Of a stretch of 64,000 nucleotides of DNA, positions 23,064-37,043 are shown piece by piece. Where the stretch lies: assembly GCA_964016885.1 (NCBI GenBank), contig OZ024751.1, forward strand, positions 35,650,001 through 35,714,000. The letters run 5' to 3'. Source of the DNA: Eledone cirrhosa (Eukaryota). The position numbers and the translations under genes were made by a program. Within the stretch, counting starts at the first letter, position 1; each line of letters begins with the position of its first letter. The notes beneath the pieces are model-generated. The model had not been told where the DNA came from and searched no databases. It saw only the letters and a program-made list of their open reading frames with translations.

Positions 23064-23206
23064 GTGAGTATCTTCTACTATTTTTGTTTGTTTCTCTTGT
23101 CTATATGTAGTGTTTGTTTTTAACCGTTTCATTAAGCTGGTGTGTGGAACGTAACTTAATAAAGGTTTTTTATAACTTGCTTTCTTTTCGTCTCTCTTTT
23201 TTGTAG
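23064..23206 (+). other. Probable 143-bp intron in the MBD2/3 3' UTR; non-coding last exon starts at 23207
   Basis: Consensus donor GTGAGT 4 nt after the TAA, and a strong pyrimidine tract ending TTGTAG at 23206. Confidence 0.7.
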
Positions 23207-23592
23207 AGCTTCTGCTAAAAGTCAGTCACAGCAACAACAACAACAACAGTAATTGTAGCTACAACAACAACAGCAACAGCTATTGTAGTTGTAACAGAAC
23301 AACAACAGCATTAGGAACAATAACAGCAGCAGCAGCAACATCAACAATAACAACAATAAGAAAAATGACAAGAGAAACAAATCTAGCTACACCAGGCAAC
23401 CACAACAGCAGCAGCTGCAGCAGCAAATGTAGCTACGACAACAATAGCAGCAACAACTGCAATGGTGGCTGACATCCCCCTCTCCTCACTTCAACCCAAC
23501 TACAGCCATGGATATTTTTATAATTTTATTTCTCTCTTGTTCCTCCTGATTTCAAAGGGATTTTCTTTCTCTCCATAATACAGTGTCTGTAG

Positions 23593-23667
<75 letters not shown>

Positions 23668-24034
23668 GGAAGGGAATCCAGCTGTAGAAACGAAGCCTGA
23701 AACAGTTCTGTGTTTCCGCGTGCCTATTAATTAATAGCTAAATTAAGGGTTGGACAGGTCTACATAGTCGAAGCCAGTACTGAAGTGTGGCCCCTGATCT
23801 CCCCAACAGGTCAGGGATCTGGGTCTCGCTTATGTACAGTCTCTCATTCCACCGAGTGCACGGGAGAGGTCATGTCCTTGACACAACTGAAGGGACCTCC
23901 CAACCCTTTGTTTGGCAAGATTTCTACGGCTGGATGCCCTTCCTATCACCAACCACCTTACAGTGTGTACTTGGTAATATACACACACACACATATATAT
24001 ATATATATTTATACACACATATATATATATACAC

Positions 24035-24084
<50 letters not shown>

Positions 24085-24089
<5 letters not shown>

Positions 24090-24262
24090 GAAGGAAGTGT
24101 GGTAAGGAACCAGACGGACCATAACACACCAGAGTACGCGATACTTTGGGTAGTAGAGTGGGTAATAGGAAAAGAGTCAAGCTGTTTCGATGGCTATTTC
24201 TGGACGTCCAGAAATAGTCGTTGAAACGGCTTGAGCTCTGACGTCGGGGTCTTGACTCTTTT

Positions 24263-24266
<4 letters not shown>
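24085..24266. mobile_element. (TA)n-embedded short element, copy with internal fold-back
   Basis: Shares GAAGGAA.TGTGGTAAGGAACCAG..GGACCATAAC.CACCA.AGTAC...GGGTAGTAGAGTGGGT with 60661-60796 (+) and 53198-53288 (-). Flanked by TA tracts. Confidence 0.8.
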
Positions 24267-24303
<37 letters not shown>

Positions 24304-25244
24304 AAATCCAAGAAATTATCAAGGAGAGTTATTATTATATACACCACACGTCATCACTTTTCATTTCATTCACATCTTTTGTAATATTTTTTATCTTCTA
24401 TTTCTAAATTTGAGATAACTTATATTTTCACAGTAAAATTCAGGTTACTGTGTCATCACACATTGATATCCTCTTTCTCTTCTTCCTCACCTCCCTGTAT
24501 ATATATATTTATATATATATGTGCATTGCAAAGTAAGAAATACCAAACCTATGACTGGTTGTTCTGAACTGAAAGTTAACTATATACTACTAAACCACTA
24601 AACCACACCACTAAACTACCAGTGTTAAAGCGGTAGTTTTGAAGTCTATTATTTCTTTTCACGTGACGGGAATGGTACTGTTGTGTCGAGAGGAAATGTT
24701 TGTGGTATTTCTTCCAATCTTTCATATCTGTTAACGTTCTTAGTTGAAATCTTGCCGAGGTCAACTTTACCTTTCATCTCTTCGAGAGGTCGATAAAATA
24801 AAGTACTGGTCTAGTATTGCAGTTATTATAATTGACTTTTACTACCAACTCTCCAATTACAAACCCTTATTAATATATATATATATAATACAGTACCTGT
24901 CTAGTACTGGAGTTATATGGGGCTCTTAGCCCTCACCCTTCTAAAATAATACATTTCTTGGCCTTGTGCCCCAATTAAAAGAGCCCTTATTAAAAAATAA
25001 AGTACCAGTCTCGGACTGATTTATAATTGACATTCCCTTCATACCACTAAAATTTACTTTCAGGGTCAATAAATAAAGTACCAGTTAAAGAACTGGGGTT
25101 TGTTTCTGTCTCCTCTCAGTGGCTATGTGAAGGGGCCAAGACAGGTGTATCCATATTGTGGGTCTCCTAACAATCCTTCCACCACTACCCAACCTTTACA
25201 CAAACAAAAGCCTTGTACGAGGCTCAGCTGAAAGGTTCGTAGGC

Positions 25245-25537
25245 TGACCAAGATACTCTCATGGAATGACCAAATAAGATTTATTTTTCAATATAGTCCC
25301 TGGAAAGAAACAATGCAGTTATTAAGAGTTAAAATTAATGCATGCAAGATTTCACAGCTCTAGCATCACTCCTTCATAGTCAGCCTATGACTAAGATACT
25401 CTCATGGAATGACCAAATGAGGTTTATTTTTCAACATAGTCCCTGGAAAGAAACAATTCCGTTATTAAGAAGAGTTGAAATTAATGCATGTACGACTTCA
25501 CAGCTCTAGCATCACTCCTTCATAGTCAGCCTATGAA
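25245..25537. repeat. Two-copy tandem duplication, about 145-bp unit
   Basis: AAGATACTCTCATGGAATGACCAAAT...CATAGTCAGCCTATGA occurs twice. Confidence 0.9.
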
Positions 25538-25861
25538 CTTTTCAGCTAAACCTTGTATGTACATAGCAAGAGAAATTGATTCGAGTAACAGCCAGGGTGT
25601 GATGGATAATTAGCAAGCTGTGTGGTGTATTGGATTGACAATGGGGCTACATTACTTTTAGAGGGACAACGATGTTTGTGTGATGTTTTGAAGATGACAT
25701 TTTCACTTCTCTGTCTCACCACAAATATAAATCTGTAAATTCTTGTCAATGGTAGGCTAGGCTATTGGTCGGTCAATCTATCACCTGGAATTGTTGAGAG
25801 TTGGAGAGGACACTTTGTGTTTTCTGAATTCAAATCTTACGTTTTGCCAGGAGTTACAACC

Positions 25862-26015
25862 AGCAGATGCTATCTGCAACTGGCAGATATTATCTGCATC
25901 TGGCAGATAATATCTGCAACTAGCAGATAATATCTGCAACTGGTAGATAATACCTGCAACTAGCAGATAATATCTGCAACTGGCAGATAATATCTGCAAC
26001 TGGCAGATAATATCA
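25862..26015. repeat. 20-bp minisatellite with internal palindrome, 7-8 copies
   Basis: Unit GCAGATAATATCTGCAACT(G/A), containing GCAGAT...ATCTGC. Confidence 0.9.
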
Positions 26016-27049
26016 GCAGTGGAAATATGAATGGGGGACACATTCTCTTTGGACTGATCTGATAATCAGCTCTTCTGCCAGGAGTTATCACTAGCAGATA
26101 GAAACAGTAACAGAAAGACTAGTGGGAACATAGTTTACCTTGGACTAATCTGATAATTGGGTCCGTTCTTCTGCCAGGAGTTGTGACCAGCAGATAGTAT
26201 CAACAATAGAAATATAATTGGGAATATATTTACCTTGGACTGATCTGATAATCAGGTCCTTTCTTTTCTATATTCAGTTAATTTAACTCTATCCTCATGT
26301 TCCTGTTAACTCTTAATGTCCTGTACCGCATGAAACCACATTAACAAGATATTCTTGAAAAAAATGATGATAAATAAATAAAAAAAAAGCAGCATTATGA
26401 GTGTATGACATTCACATAAAAAATTAATTTTAGTTTACTGCAATATTTCCATAAAAATCTGTCCACTGCTAAAGGTACGATAAACATCTTGAATTAAAAA
26501 AAACTCATTAAAAAACTATTTTTTACTAAATCATTACATGATGTTAAGAGTTAACCCACAAACTGGTCCTTACTGTCATTTTAGCCTCCTTATGTTCCTC
26601 ATGTTAACCATCACTGTTCCTCATAGGACCATCATGTTGGATCTACTCCACCCTCCTCATATGTTTGACCTATTTCAAAAGCAATCAAGTTTATAATAAA
26701 AGTAAAAGTATCAATATTTAAAACAATAAATCTATGAAACTATTTATTGAGTTCTTGTTTCTTTTCTTGATGGTGTTGGTATTGATGATGATGTTGGTGT
26801 TGTTGATGGTGGTGGTGGTGGTGATGTTTATGGTTGTGTTGGTGATGATGTTATTGTGGTGAGTGGCTTGTACACTTTTATCTCTGCTTAAAAAAAGTAT
26901 CCCGGAGACAAAATAGAAGTAAATATAGGTGTAGAAAAGATTACATAAGCACAGGTATGGCTGAGTGGTTTCGGGTTCAGTCCCACTGACATCTTGGACA
27001 AGTGTCTTCTACTTAAAGCACAGATTGACCAATTCCTTCCACCATAAAA

Positions 27050-28775
27050 TGCACTCAGTCCACCCTGTAAAGTGGTGGCGCTGGTGCCACGATAAGATTT
27101 ACCCAGTTCACTGTAAAGTGGTAGTGCTGGTGCCACGATAAGATTTACCCAGTACACTGTAAAGTGGTAGTGCTGGTGCCACGATAAGATTTACCCAGTA
27201 CACCCTGTAAAGTGGTAGTGTTGGTGCCACGATAAGATTTACCCAGTCCACCCTGTAAAGTGGTAGTGTTGGTGCCACGATAAGATTTACCCAGTACACT
27301 GTAAAGTGGTAGTGCTGGTGCCACGATAAGATTTACCCAGTCCACCCTGTAAAGTGGTAGTGTTGGTGCCACGATAAGATTTACCCAGTCCACACTGTAA
27401 AGTGGTAGTGCTGGTGCCACGATAAGATTTACCCAGTACACTGTAAAGTGGTAGTGCTGGTGCCACGATAAGATTTACCCAGTCCACCCTGTAAAGTGGT
27501 GGCACTGGTGCCACGATAAGATTTACCCAGTCCACCCTGTAAAGTGGTAGTGTTGGTGCCACGATAAGATTTACCCAGTACACTGTAAAGTGGTAGTGCT
27601 GGTGCCACGATAAGATTTACCCAGTTCACTGTAAAGTGGTAGTGTTCGTGCCACGATAAGATTTACCCAGTCCACACTGTAAAGTGGTAGTGCAGGTGCC
27701 ACGATAAGATTTACCCAGTACACACTGTAAAGTGGTAGTGCTGGTGCCACGATAAGATTTACCCAGTACACTGTAAAGTGGTAGTGCTGGTGCCACGATA
27801 AGATTTACCCAGTACACACTGTGTAGTGGTAGTGCTGGTGTCACGATAAGATTTACCCAGTCCACCCTGTAAAGTGGTAGTGCTGGTGCCACGATAAGAT
27901 TTACCCAGTCCACACTGTAAAGTGGTAGTGCTGGTGCCACGATAAGATTTACCCAGTACACTGTAAAGTGGTAGTGCTGGTGCCACGATAAGATTTACCC
28001 AGTACACTGTAAAGTGGTAGTGCTGGTGCCACGATAAAATTTACCCAGTCCACCCTGTAAAGTGGTAGTGCTGGTGCCATGATAAGATTTACCCAGTACA
28101 CTGTAAAGTGGTAGTGCTGGTGCCACGATAAGATTTACCCAGTACACTGTAAAGTGGTAGTGTTGGTGCCACGATAAGATTTACCCAGCCCACACTGTAA
28201 AGTGGTAGTGCTGGTGCCATGATAAGATTTACCCAGTACACTGTAAAGTGGTAGTGTTGGTGCCACGATAAGATTTACCCAGTCCACACTGTAAAGTGGT
28301 AGTGCTGGTGCCATGATAAGATTTACCCAGTCCACCCTGTAAAGTGGTAGTGCTGGTGCCACGATAAGATTTACCCAGTCCACCCTGTAAAGTGGTAGTG
28401 TTGGTGCCACGATAAGATTTACCCAGTACACTGTAAAGTGGTAGTGCTGGTGCCATGATAAGATTTACCCAGTACACTGTAAAGTGGTAGTGCTGGTGCC
28501 ATGATAAGATTTACCCAGTACACTGTAAAGTGGTAGTGTTGGTGCCACGATAAGATTTACCCAGTACACACTGTAAAGTGGTAGTGCTGGTGCCACGATA
28601 AGATTTACCCAGTCCACCCTGTAAAGTGGTAGTGTTGGTGCCACGATAAGATTTACCCAGTCCACCCTGTAAAGTGGTAGTGTTGGTGCCACGATACAAT
28701 TCACCCAGTCCTATCTGTAAGCTGGTAGTGCTGATACCACGCTAACATGCACCTAGTACACTCTGTAAAGAGGTA
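27050..28775. repeat. 46/48-bp minisatellite, about 36 copies, inside a SINE
   Basis: Unit CTGTAAAGTGGTAGTGCTGGTGCCACGATAAGATTTACCCAGT(ACA/CCACC). No unique spacers. Confidence 0.97.
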
Positions 28776-29599
28776 GATGTTAGGGAGGTCATCCAGTCGT
28801 AGAAACCATGCCAAAAAGGGTATTAGCAAGGTATGGTCTTACATAGAACTACCTAGTCTCAGACCAGTCCAACTTGTCCATGCCAGCATGGAAGGTGGAC
28901 GTATGATGATACATGTACACACATAAGTGTGTGTGTTTGTGTTTATGTCTCGAAACTTAGCGGTTCGACAAAAGATCGATAAAATATTTACCGGACTTAA
29001 ATCAAAACTCCTGAGGTCGATAATTTTTGTGGGACGAACTTTATAGCATGATTTGTCGCTCACTAAATCTATTTTGAAAAACGATTTAAGAAATCTAATT
29101 ATCAAGTTAGATAACTCTTGTTTTGTAGTTTTAGACTGCTCTCCCCTGTATTATACCAACTGCCTGCAATTTACTGATAGCTTCATGTATTTCTATGTGA
29201 AGATGTGTGGAGTGGTAGTGTATAGTTAAGGTGTTCGGCCGTAATGTCACGATTTCAAACCCCGATGGTACACTGTGTCCTTGAGCAAGACATTTCATTT
29301 CACGTTACTGCCGTCCATTTAGCTGACAGAGTTGTAATCTATCTTGTTAGAATATTTCATGCTGACTCTCCCTGAGACCTCCGTCAGGGATAGGCATGTT
29401 TATGGAAGGTTCTGCCACTTACACTATACTATAAGATGTATTGTACCTATAATTAAAAGAATCAGTTTTGTCACACCTTGTTAGGGTACACGTGTCTGTG
29501 GAATGCTCAGCCACTTGCACATTAAATTCACGAGCAGACTATTATTCCCGAGATCAAACAACTACAACACTCATCATCGAAATCGATGGAGGTCCAACA

Positions 29600-29780
29600 C
29601 ACGTTTTCACACACACACACTCTCCCTCTCTTTCTCCCCCCCCCCCCCCCCCCCCCCTCTCCCCTCCCTCTCCCTCCCAGTCTCTTTGTCTCTCTCTCTC
29701 TCCCACCCCTCGCCCCATCACCCTCTCTCTCACTCCCCAACAATCCTCTCTCCCTGTCTCTCACTCCCACACACTCTCCC

Positions 29781-29874
<94 letters not shown>

Positions 29875-31806
29875 CTCCCCCCCCCCTCTCTCACAAAGAA
29901 GTCAGCGAAAACACAAAACGAAACATTGTTGAACTTGTTTTTTAGTTTTTATAATATTTGATCTGAAATAAAATTAGATTATTTTGAAAGTAAAAGATTA
30001 ACGAAAAAAAAAAAAAAAACACAGACGCACACATATATATACACACAGACGCACACATATATATACACACAGACACACACATATACACACACAGACACAC
30101 ATATATACACACAGACACACACATATACACACACAGACACACATATATACACACACAGACACACACATATACACACATATATACACACACAGACACACAC
30201 ATATACACACACAGACACACACATATATATACACACAGACACACACATATATATACACACAGACACACACACATATATACACACAGACACACATATATAC
30301 ACACAGACACACATATATACACACACAGACACACACATATACACACACAGACACACACATATATACACACACAGACACACACATATATATATACACACAG
30401 ACACACACATATATACACACACAGACACACACATATATATACACACAGACACACACATATATATACACACAGACACACACATATATATACACACAGACAC
30501 ACACATATACACACACAGACACACACATAGATATACACACAGACACACACATATATATACACACACAGACACACACATAGATATACACACATATAGACAC
30601 ACACACTTAGATATACACACACATGTAGATACACATATAGACACACACATATAGATATACATACATAGATACACACACATAGATATACACACACATAGAT
30701 AGACACACACATAGATATAGATAGACACACACATATAGATATACACACACAGACACACAGATATACACACATATATACACACACACATATACACACACAG
30801 ACACACAGATATACACACATATATACACACACACATATACACACACAGACACACAGATATACACACATATAGACACACACACATATACACACACAGACAC
30901 ACATATAGATATACACACATATAGACACACACACATAGATATACACACACATGTAGATACACATAGATATACACACATATACACACACACACATATAGAT
31001 ATACACACATATACACACACAGACGTACATATAGATATACACATAGAGACACACAGAGACACACAGACACATACACACACACACACACATATATACCCAC
31101 ACATGTAAATATACATATAGATATACACACATATATACATACAGACACACATAGATATACATACACATGTAGATACACATATAGACACACACACGTATAG
31201 ATATACATACAGAGATACGCACACATAGATATACACACACAGACACACACATAGATATAGATAGACATACACATATAGATATACACACATAGATACACAC
31301 ACACATATATATACACACACATATAGATATACACACATAGTTAGACACACATATAGATATACACACACAGATATGCACATCAAACACAACACACCATACC
31401 TACACACATATATACACAAAACAATACACACAGATATACATACCACACACTCTCTCTCACACACATAAAACAACACACACACACAGATATACATACCACA
31501 CACACTCTCTCTCACACACATAAAACAACACACACACACACACACACAGATATACATACCACACACGCTCTCTCTCACACACATAAAACAACACACACAC
31601 ACACACACACAGATATACATACCACACACGCTCTCTCTCACACACATATAACAATACACACAAAAAACGATAGACACGCAGATACACACACACACAATAG
31701 ACACAACAATACACACAATAGACACACACAACAATACACACACACACAATAGACACACACAACAATACACACACACACAATAGACACACACATACACACA
31801 CACACA
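29600..31806. repeat. Compound microsatellite field: C/(CT)n, then a CA/TA/GA mosaic
   Basis: Direct reading. Source of the 200-480 aa spurious ORFs. Confidence 0.95.
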
Positions 31807-32182
31807 GTTACAGAGAAACCTTGACATTATTAATAGACTAACGTTGGATTGCTATAAAATTAAAAGTTAGACGAAGTCGTTATCGGAGTAGGACATCTCT
31901 GGAAAAGGAGATAGAAATATTTACACTAGATTTACATAAAACATCTATAAATAATTTAGTTAGGAACATCTAGCTTATCTCTCTACAGGAAGAAGATGAA
32001 GATTAGTTGTGTACTTTTACTCACACACACACACACATATATATATATACATATGTCACACACACACACACACATATATATATATACATATGTCACACAC
32101 ACATAGTCATTTTATTAAGGCTAAATAATGAGTCTTGTTAATCTGGCGTTCCGCCTGTTTATCACTGGGCCATCAGACAATA

Positions 32183-32216
<34 letters not shown>

Positions 32217-32774
32217 ATATATATGTAGGAAAAATGTTTCAATTGGTCTTTCCAATTGCTAATACTATCTACTGGCCGCAACTCCTGGCATAAAAAAGCA
32301 ACGTAAAATAAAGTGTCTTGCTCAAGGACATAATACATCGCTCGGTCCAGGAATCGAACTCACAACTTCACAATTACAAATCCAATTTTCTCTCCACAGA
32401 GTCCCACACCTTTACTAGTCTCTATATCAAAAGCTGATTTCATTTCTTTGTAAACCAACGAAAGTAAAGCTTATAGAATATTCTGTTGATTAACTTTTAG
32501 TAAATTTTTTAATTGGCAACTTTATAAGTAATTAATCAGTTTAAAGTAATAAGCTACACGTATCACATGGCATTTTTCTATAAATAAATGACCCACATAC
32601 CTTGTTTGGCAAATTTCTAGCCAAATAAATTAGGAAAAAATTATAAAGGTTTATGACACATTAATATTTTAAACACAATTTCATACCAACCCCTAAATTA
32701 CTAATTAGCATTTTAAATGAGTATTTTGTTTCGAAAGTTATACATACACACCCACACACACACCTACCCCCCCC

Positions 32775-32835
<61 letters not shown>

Positions 32836-33160
32836 AATTTTTTAATTTATGAAAGTTGGTTGATCAGATAATCTACTGATTTTATCGTAAACAGACGTAA
32901 AGCACTCTACACGCTGTATTCCGTAAAGTATTATGGATAAGATATCAACCGGAGTGTAGATATTATAAAGAAGAGAGACAGTTTTAAATGTACATCCTCT
33001 GTTATATAATAATCCTTTGTTATTATATAATAAACAGAGGATGTACATTTAAAACCGTCTCTCTTTTTTATAATAATTATATGATAAACAGGCGAAACTC
33101 CAGAGTAACAAAACTCACTTTTTAGCCTTAATATAAATGAATACACACACACACACACAC

Positions 33161-33314
<154 letters not shown>

Positions 33315-33527
33315 TAAAATAACAGATTAAAGTTTAAGCAAAGAATTGCTGCTTTAACCCTTAACGGATTTTAGTCTTCAAATTTATCATTATTACTATA
33401 TATATATTTATATATTTATTTAACTATATAATAAGCAACACAATATAATTATTCCATTACCAAAGGTTTCAGGAGACTAGACGATCCTTACAGAAACGTC
33501 CAGTTCGTTCATCATTTGAAATAGTTA

Positions 33528-34537
33528 TCTATATATATAAAGCTGTGGTTGTCTGTCTATCGATTTTTGGCACACATCTCCTCTTAGAATCTCTGACCGA
33601 ATTGCACCGAAATTGCTATACTTGTACATTGAGCCCTAGCGAAGACATCGGAAAATAAATATTTCAAATTGACCCACCCTATGTGACGAAATCGAATCTA
33701 ACGTATCGATTTTTGAGCGTAAGTGACGAGTTATTTCCCTTTGTTCTGTTTACATTGAGCGTCTTACGTAAAAAATTACGCTGGCTTTCTCAGCGTTTAA
33801 AATGACATTAACACAATACACGAACAGTTGTCGAGCCAGCAAAATATTGACCTGCAAAATTCATCAGTTCGAACACTAAGCTTCCGTTTTGCTTCATTTC
33901 CATTTAAAAGCCTTTTAAAACAAGCCTTTTAACAAGCCTTTTACTTGAAAACAAGTCTATTTAAAGACTACGTAAAACAAGCAAATATTTCGTAAAAAAA
34001 AGCAAAAATTATATAAGTTTATTTAAAATATATGTATCTGTAAATTTCGTTAGGCGTGCAGACAGACAGTCGTGCAGACAGACAGTCGTGCAGAGAGGTG
34101 ATATACGCGTGCAGACAGACAGTCGTGCAGAGAGGTGATATACGCGTGCAGACAGATAGTCGTGCAGAGAGGTGATATAGGCGTGCAGACAGACAGTCGT
34201 GCAGAGAGGTGATATAGGCGTGCAGACAGACATAACTGATAATTTGGTTACGCTAATGTTTTTCTCTGCGTTGCAGTGTTTACATTTTCGATCTTTGTTA
34301 ATAAATAACCAGTGCAGTTTCTATCCCCAGCATCCTCTTTTGTTATAACATTCGGGTTATCGTTATGTTTTCTTAACTTCATAAGGCATATTGTTGGTTG
34401 AGGGAATATTAATCAAAAACACCACATGCAAGTCTGCACAGTAGACACTACAGTTTTTAAGCCAAAAAAGAAACTTAACATTGTAACTTTAACACAGCTA
34501 CTGAGCGACCCCGAGCAACGCCGGGCTTTACTGCTAG
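33528..34537 (+). mobile_element. Non-autonomous Helitron (about 1010 bp) with both termini
   Basis: 5' A|TCTATATATATAA start; 3' GC-rich hairpin CCCGAGCAACGCCGGG about 12 nt before CTAG|T; inserted in an AT dinucleotide without TSD. Confidence 0.85.
34053..34232. repeat. About 37-bp CpG-containing minisatellite inside the Helitron
   Basis: Unit GCGTGCAGACAGACAGTCGTGCAGAGAGGTGATATA(C/G), about 4-5 copies. Confidence 0.9.
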
Positions 34538-34542
34538 TATAT

Positions 34543-34574
<32 letters not shown>

Positions 34575-35108
34575 GATTCATCTGAATCATCGAGCGCTTG
34601 CCGCACATCTCGGAAGTTGTTTTTTCGTTAATTCCTAAGCCGAAATACAATTCTCGCTAATTTATATTTGTATTAATCTCCAGAGTCTAACTATTGACCA
34701 GTTAATTTTCTTGATTTTTTTAGTTGATTTTATTGACTGATGAATAGCTTATGTTAACTTTAACCATTCTGTCGAGAGCTTTATTCGATTTGTGATGTTT
34801 TGCATTCTTGCAATATTATACACAACTGAATTCATTCACCTAAAATAAGTGTTGCCTCCCTTGCTGAACTCCACGTGGAGTCAGTAATAGTCACACTTTG
34901 GATTAGCAATTGAGCAAAAACCTGTTGATAAAGTGGCTTCCTTGTTCAATCATCTTACCAGAAGCCTAACATTTTTTATGTAAGCGGACAGTACTTGATT
35001 TAAATTGATTGTTTTAGAACTGTGTTCTGCTGTATTAAGTTTTCTGAAATAATTGATTTTTTAAAAAATCTTCCATATTGTTGTTGTTGCTGTTGCTGTT
35101 GTTGTTGT

Positions 35109-35140
<32 letters not shown>

Positions 35141-35149
35141 CTGTTTGTT

Positions 35150-35260
35150 TGGTGAGGCAGAGACGGCGGGGGGGGGGGGGGGGGAATCAACTATCACGTG
35201 ACCTTTATCCCCTCCTCCCATTACTGTTTCACTGCAGCCGTATTCAACATGGCGTTATAT
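35150..35260. promoter_or_regulatory. Promoter-like cluster
   Basis: G-tract, ATCACGTGAC E-box near 35193, and YY1-like CAACATGGCG near 35245, with local CpG retention. Confidence 0.3.
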
Positions 35261-35572
35261 ATTGCAATGTAACGATTAAGCAGACGATACATGCAATGGA
35301 ACAATTTGAAATCGTTTCACAGCAAACAGATTATATTTTACTTGGTTTCTGTTTTGGTTTTCAATCTTGATCGTAATTTTTAAATGGATTTATGTTGTTT
35401 TATAGTTTTCTTCTTCTTTCCACACACACACACATACACACATATATATATACGTGTATGTTTGTATGTATGTAATTTTTGTTTGTATATATGTATGTAG
35501 ACATGCATATATATATATATATATATGTCTCTATATATGTTTGGCGTGTTGTTTGGACATATGACTTTTTTG

Positions 35573-35609
<37 letters not shown>

Positions 35610-35610
35610 G

Positions 35611-35732
<122 letters not shown>

Positions 35733-37043
35733 CATACATATGTATATGTAGATTGTGAGTGAGTGCTGTGTCATGTTGTTTGGATGTCTGTCAAAACCTA
35801 AAATATTTGTGTGAACAGATGAGGCTTCAGTTTTATACACCTGATACCAACTTGACTAGTTGTAGCGTAGCTTGCGGAGCAGCAAGTCAGATGAAGAGAA
35901 TTGCCGAAGGACACAATGTAACGCCTCAAGCAGAAGTGTTCTCACAGACACTTTTATATAGGATAAAATAATTAATTATAATTAGCAGATAAAAGTGATA
36001 ACGTATTAAATATTAGGTACGTGACTTGGTGGTTAGAAAATTGGATTAGTAATAGTTAGGTTGCGAGTTCGATTCCTTGATCGGGCGATGCCTTATATCC
36101 TTGAGCAAGACACTTTATTTCATACTGCTCTTTCTGCCAGGAGTTGCGAAAGACCAATGGAAACATTGTTTCCTTGGTCCGGTAAGCGAATGAGGTCTGG
36201 GATCTTGGAGATCGTTAATAAATAAAAAAGAATATTCACTATAGAATATTGACACAATCAACGGAATAACCTGTGCATGAAAGTAACGTGTATCTGGCTG
36301 AATATTCCACAGATATGTGTAAAGATGAGCGTGATTCTCAGGGAGATTCAGCGTGACTCCTTGTGTAACAAAACTGGCGGAACCCATACCTCACCAGATT
36401 TAACGAGTTCAACTCCAATCTAAGCGAATGTATATGTGCAAATATATGTATGTATCTATGTATATATGAAACCGTAACTCCTGGTAGAGTCATATGGGCG
36501 CCATCGTGACATATCATAACTTGATCATTTGAAACCTGACAGAATCCATTCCCTCTCCAGAGTTGAGTTGAATACAGTCGATCTCTTTTCCAGAGAAGGA
36601 AATTGTGAAATAGTACAAAGAATGGATACGAACATCGCAAACATTCTAACGACTTTTCTATTTCGTCTCTATAATGTCTGTTATTTTTTACAACACTCGA
36701 CTTCGTGAAATGAAAATATTTTCATTGATTTGGTTTATTAAAATAAGAATTATTTATAAGGAATGTCTTCATATATTTGACCCAGACTTTTGGTAATAAT
36801 GACAGCTGGACTATGTCTATAGAATGTTTATTTTTATAAATAATACTTAAGGTTGTTAAGAAGAATTCATCTGCTGAATAAAATTTGGCAAGGTGCCACT
36901 TCATCAAATATTGTTATTATAATTTCAAATTTTAACTCTAACCTGAGTCCATAGAATTTTAGAGATATCTGCTCGAGTAGACTACTGGTACTTATTTTAT
37001 TGGGTGTCGAGAATTGAAAGAGAAAGTTGACCTATTAGCATTT

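Noticed and set aside
23057-23260. Stop-codon readthrough into a poly-Q extension
   Set aside because: After splicing the frame reads TAA TTC TAG, a double stop, and the poly-Q frame is different.
17510-28775. 43-bp, 49-bp and 46/48-bp arrays as CRISPR arrays
   Set aside because: The units are head-to-tail with no unique spacers, there are no cas genes, and the context is eukaryotic intron or SINE.
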